A stretch of 64,000 bases of DNA, from the NCBI GenBank assembly GCA_051294905.1, contig CM119385.1, forward strand, positions 4,650,001 to 4,714,000, written 5' to 3'. The translations under genes and the position numbers were made by a program. Positions 61,201-64,000 of this stretch are shown here, in pieces. The notes beneath the pieces are model-generated. The model saw only the letters and a program-made list of their open reading frames with translations. It was not told the origin of the DNA and searched no databases. Numbering within the stretch: position 1 is the first letter of the stretch; every line of letters begins with the position of its first letter. This stretch comes from Botryllus schlosseri. Lineage: Eukaryota.

Positions 61201-63622
61201 GCACCTTTAATATGATAAAGCTATTCATCATGTCACAACAGCATCTACATCTTTGTCAATACGAATTAAAACGTACTTAAGAACTAAACTATATAAAAAG
61301 TTGTTTGAATGTCAACCTAGCTGGACATAAACATCAATGCTTCACTAAGGTACGTTTGTAGTGAAACCAATAATAGGAACCAAATCAAACATTACAAAAC
61401 CTCACACTTTAAAGGAGACTAATAAATGTGACCTCCAGCTGAGACAGGCGAAGTATAAATTGACAGAAGCTGATAAGCGGTTACCAAGAGTCCAGTATGG
61501 ATTTGGCACTTGCGCAATTGACAAAGTAAATTTCTAACCCTTGATCAATCTGATGAAATTCACACAAATAATATTGTCAAGACAAGTTCGTATAAATAAG
61601 TTGAACACTTGAAATCGATATGAAAAACACTAAGCCCTATTAAATCATTGCACTAAAGTTACGCCACCGGTACAAAAAAGGCTGTGTAACGCTCCCAACA
61701 CAGTCATATCGTAATAACCACATCAGGGTTTTTCAAAAATAATTTCTTTTTTTCGGATTCTGGGGATTCACTGATTAAATGCTTAGGATGCCTAAAAAAC
61801 GCTGCACACAGAATTTGGCTCAATTCATACTGGTAGGCCTGGATGTGAACGCACAGGTTTTGGAAAAATTTCAATCAACCAGTAGAAGCGGAGTTATTGC
61901 AGATGAAATTTTTGGATTCACAAAAATAGCCTGAATGGTAAGTAGGCTATACCCAGAATTATAAATGAAAAACTCAAATAACATCGCTTCCACGGATTGG
62001 AATTGCATCAAATTTGTTTTACGTTGTTTTTGTAGGCAAATCAACAATTTCATGGGGTTGACAGTAAATTTTGAGAAAACTAAAATTTTTTTATAATAAA
62101 TGCAAAATTTTCAAACTGCTGTGCGTTCACATAGTTGGAATTGAGCCAAATTTGGTGTACAGCGTTTTTCTAGGCAACCTAACAATTAAACCAATGAATC
62201 TTTGGAATCCTGAAAAAAGTTATATTTGAGCCTAAAACGCATTTTTCGAGCAGAAAATAGATCATTGTGTCGGAAACAATATGATCCTACCTCCTTCTGC
62301 TTGTCGTCATATTTGTAAGATTTTCTTCCGGAGACACTTTTTTTCTTGACTTTCTGATGATAGGCAACAGATCTTTCAAGTTCCTGCATACGACGATAAT
62401 ATGATACATGATAAAACACATATACATGTAGTTAGATCCAAGAAATATCAACACCTCACCTCTGTTTTCACTTTGTAATCCATTTGGTACGTGCGGTAGG
62501 CGCCATAGATATATTTCTGATCATGTTCCAGTTTATTTTCAAGAGGTGTGATGACTTCATCTCCCAGAAATCGATTCTGAATTCGATTGGATTGAATTGA
62601 CTGGTAAATATAAACAGCTATATAGTCATAAATATCTACCATTTTACACATTTCCAAAATTAAGAATAGTAGATGCAATGTTTAATAATGATAATATGCT
62701 AAATCAGTGGTTCTCAACCTTTTTATCTTGCGGACTGGTATAATTTCCAAACAAATATTTCAGACTTTACGACTTTCAAAAATCAGACTGAACTAGAATG
62801 TAATCACGACAAAACCAAGAATTGGAACTAAAATTGAACGAGAAACTTTCTGCTGCAATTGAAGAAAGTTTATTTCGTTTGCACCACATCAACACAAAAT
62901 ATATAACAAAACTTACCGTCTCATCGTGATGGAGTTGAATCTGCCTCAAAGTCTCAGACATCTGACTCATACTTTCCCCTGTTCAAAGAAATTTGGATTT
63001 GAATTGCTGTGATGGCAAACATTGACTAGAGCCTATTTGCTGCCCACTTAGACTTTCAAACTAAAAAAGAGAATACGTATATGATGATCAGAAAAATCTT
63101 CAGGTAAGTAAAAAAAGGGTCAGGCTTATTTGACAGTGATAGTAATTCATCTTTTCTTGCAACTCTTCAAGGTTTTTTTGCCTTCTGAAAGAGTTAGACC
63201 CAAAACAGCAACACCTTTCCTTCTATAGGACTAATTTACATGTTTTAATCATGAAGCGTACGTACACTACTACCTGCCATATGGATAGTACCTGATTTTA
63301 TCACATGAAAATGGTGCTATAAGTCTTACTGAACCAAACATTAGTTACATTATCCATATTGATATATACCAAGTGACTCGGTGAAAAACTTACACTTAGC
63401 ATTACACAACTGTTAGCGTAACCATAGCCTATGTACCAATTTCCTTTATTGATATCAAGTGAAAAAGAAATATAAATAAATGCACAAGTGCATTAGTACT
63501 GCAGCTAGAATTTTGAACAACAGATTTCACTTTACCTAATTCCTTTGTATTTGTGCTGTTGCAGGCAATAATGCCAAGCTTGTTCATCGCGTCATAGTAA
63601 TGTCTGGATGCATTGGAAACCC
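43216..63622 (-). CDS. BAIAP2: IRSp53/BAIAP2-family I-BAR + SH3 adaptor, multi-exon; 5' exons outside the window
   Basis: GT-AG exons with consistent phases: 63536-63622, 62917-62978, 62460-62576, 62291-62383, 55973-56125, 55078-55242, 54220-54280, 54088-54139, 52523-52589, 50855-50928, 49522-49584, 48489-48549, then 43216-43264 (a linking exon between the last two was not found). Translation follows the I-BAR, SH3 (GWHYG, RGWFPYSY), PLPPADY and NPF-VQL motifs. Orthology versus BAIAP2L1/L2 is not resolved. Confidence 0.85.
43656..44663. mobile_element. hAT-type element with nested MITE ends
   Basis: tagggttaccata / tatggcaaccctc; perfect TSD ttctagct (43648-43655, 44664-44671). Confidence 0.8.
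44790..45200. repeat. Degenerate tandem repeat tagttctagttctagttgcgagttttaaaaa
   Basis: Several ~40-45-bp units seen directly. Confidence 0.75.
45760..46149. mobile_element. gactcgagtc-family hAT MITE
   Basis: aagggttgtaa / ttaaaaccctg; flanks gtgcacag / gtgtacag (7/8). Confidence 0.7.
48489..48549 (-). CDS. BAIAP2: BAIAP2-like exon (LFQGHMPLPPADYNVMNGIQ)
   Basis: cag / gtgagt boundaries, phase 2 to 0; LPPxDY motif. Confidence 0.75.
49522..49584 (-). CDS. BAIAP2: BAIAP2-like exon, SH3 end (RGWFPYSYT)
   Basis: tttcag / gtaagt boundaries, phase 2 to 2. Confidence 0.9.
50855..50928 (-). CDS. BAIAP2: BAIAP2-like exon, SH3 core (GDVVILMIPQPRDGWHYGENDRTK)
   Basis: tttcag / gtgaga boundaries, phase 0 to 2. 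Confidence 0.92.
51070..51592. mobile_element. Degraded hAT-type MITE
   Basis: cagggatgggcaat / attgcctagctct; flanks catagagg / catatagg (7/8). Confidence 0.55.
52523..52589 (-). CDS. BAIAP2: BAIAP2-like exon, SH3 start (KKVCAQHSHSVPGSPTQLAFEK)
   Basis: ttttcag / gtatct boundaries, phase 2 to 0. Confidence 0.85.
54088..54280 (-). CDS. BAIAP2: Two small BAIAP2-like linker exons (54220-54280, 54088-54139)
   Basis: GT-AG boundaries whose phases (0 to 1, 1 to 2) exactly bridge the flanking exons; no conserved motif. Confidence 0.6.
55078..55242 (-). CDS. BAIAP2: BAIAP2-like exon, end of I-BAR (AIESLNNQLSKWLEACAD..LPE..VELL)
   Basis: ctcag acceptor; gttagt donor inferred. Confidence 0.8.
55973..56125 (-). 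CDS. BAIAP2: BAIAP2-like exon, I-BAR (KQAFIEERRRYCFFVEQQ)
   Basis: EERRRxCF signature; gacag / gtaaaa boundaries; 153 bp. Confidence 0.93.
58580..59173. mobile_element. Older copy of the palindromic tagggctgttc hAT MITE
   Basis: taaggttgttc / caacaacccta; same internal motifs as 28375-28997. Further copies or fragments at ~47670-48249, 49373, 57896 and ~60130-60704. Confidence 0.75.
61724..62234. mobile_element. Older copy of the palindromic tagggctgttc hAT MITE
   Basis: cagggtttttcaaaaataa / ttatatttgagccta; flanks aaccacat / aaacgcat (6/8). Confidence 0.7.
62291..62978 (-). CDS. BAIAP2: Three BAIAP2-like I-BAR exons (62917-62978, 62460-62576, 62291-62383)
   Basis: GESMSQMSETLRQIQLHHDET / NRFLGDEVITPLENKLEHDQKYI..YQMDYKVKTE / ELERSVAYHQKVKKK..KYDDKQKE align without gaps to the IRSp53 I-BAR helices as recalled. 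Confidence 0.88.
63536..63622 (-). CDS. BAIAP2: BAIAP2-like I-BAR exon (GVSNASRHYYDAMNKLGIIACNSTNTKELG)
   Basis: tttctag / gtaaag boundaries, 87 bp, phase 1 to 1. Confidence 0.9.
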
Positions 63623-64000
63623 CTAGAAAAATGCGAATACAGCTGCAAAACCACAATCTTATAAAGCAATAGAAAATATTGCATTGAGTAGGCCTACACA
63701 GTAAAGCATGCTAAAAAGTAAGGACACACATGGGTCGTAATTTGTAAAATGATGAGCATATCATGTGATGGAAATTTCAAACTCAGTTTATAGCCGGCTA
63801 TAAGCAATGATAATCCTTAAAACACCCCCACTAGATAATGATATCTTATTTCATCATCAAAAAATTATCAATGTGAGATATAATGAAGTAAAAGGATTAG
63901 TGTTCAGTGGTGGCGGCTATTCAAGTAGAGACAATGCCGCAAATTGATACTAGAGCACAGGAGATAGGGAATTTCCCAAGAAATTTGAAACGAGCTACAA

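Overview
AT-rich animal (probably invertebrate deuterostome or tunicate-like; not determinable from this window) genomic DNA, not prokaryotic. Host genes: an intronless SPG7/paraplegin CDS (+, 17755-19905), an intronless HAUS6 CDS (-, 23470-25512) and a multi-exon IRSp53/BAIAP2-family gene (-, 13 exons traced between 43216 and 63622; 5' exons lie outside the window). The first 8 kb is a decayed giant Mutator/NOF/Rehavkus-like transposon. Once stops, frameshifts and a nested 2.3-kb insertion are removed, it reads as PHD finger - 24-aa acidic repeats - Zn finger - DDE transposase - Ulp1/SENP (C48) protease - USP (C19) deubiquitinase - orphan tail. At 9.4-16.8 kb is a foldback element with modular minisatellite arms. 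It carries a young LTR element (394-bp LTRs, 4 differences, ATGT TSD, TG...TA ends) with no recognisable gag/pol. The rest is dense with hAT-, Merlin- and MULE-type MITEs, many with intact TSDs, plus a TSD-flanked tRNA-derived SINE. All family assignments are from recalled motifs; no database searches were run.
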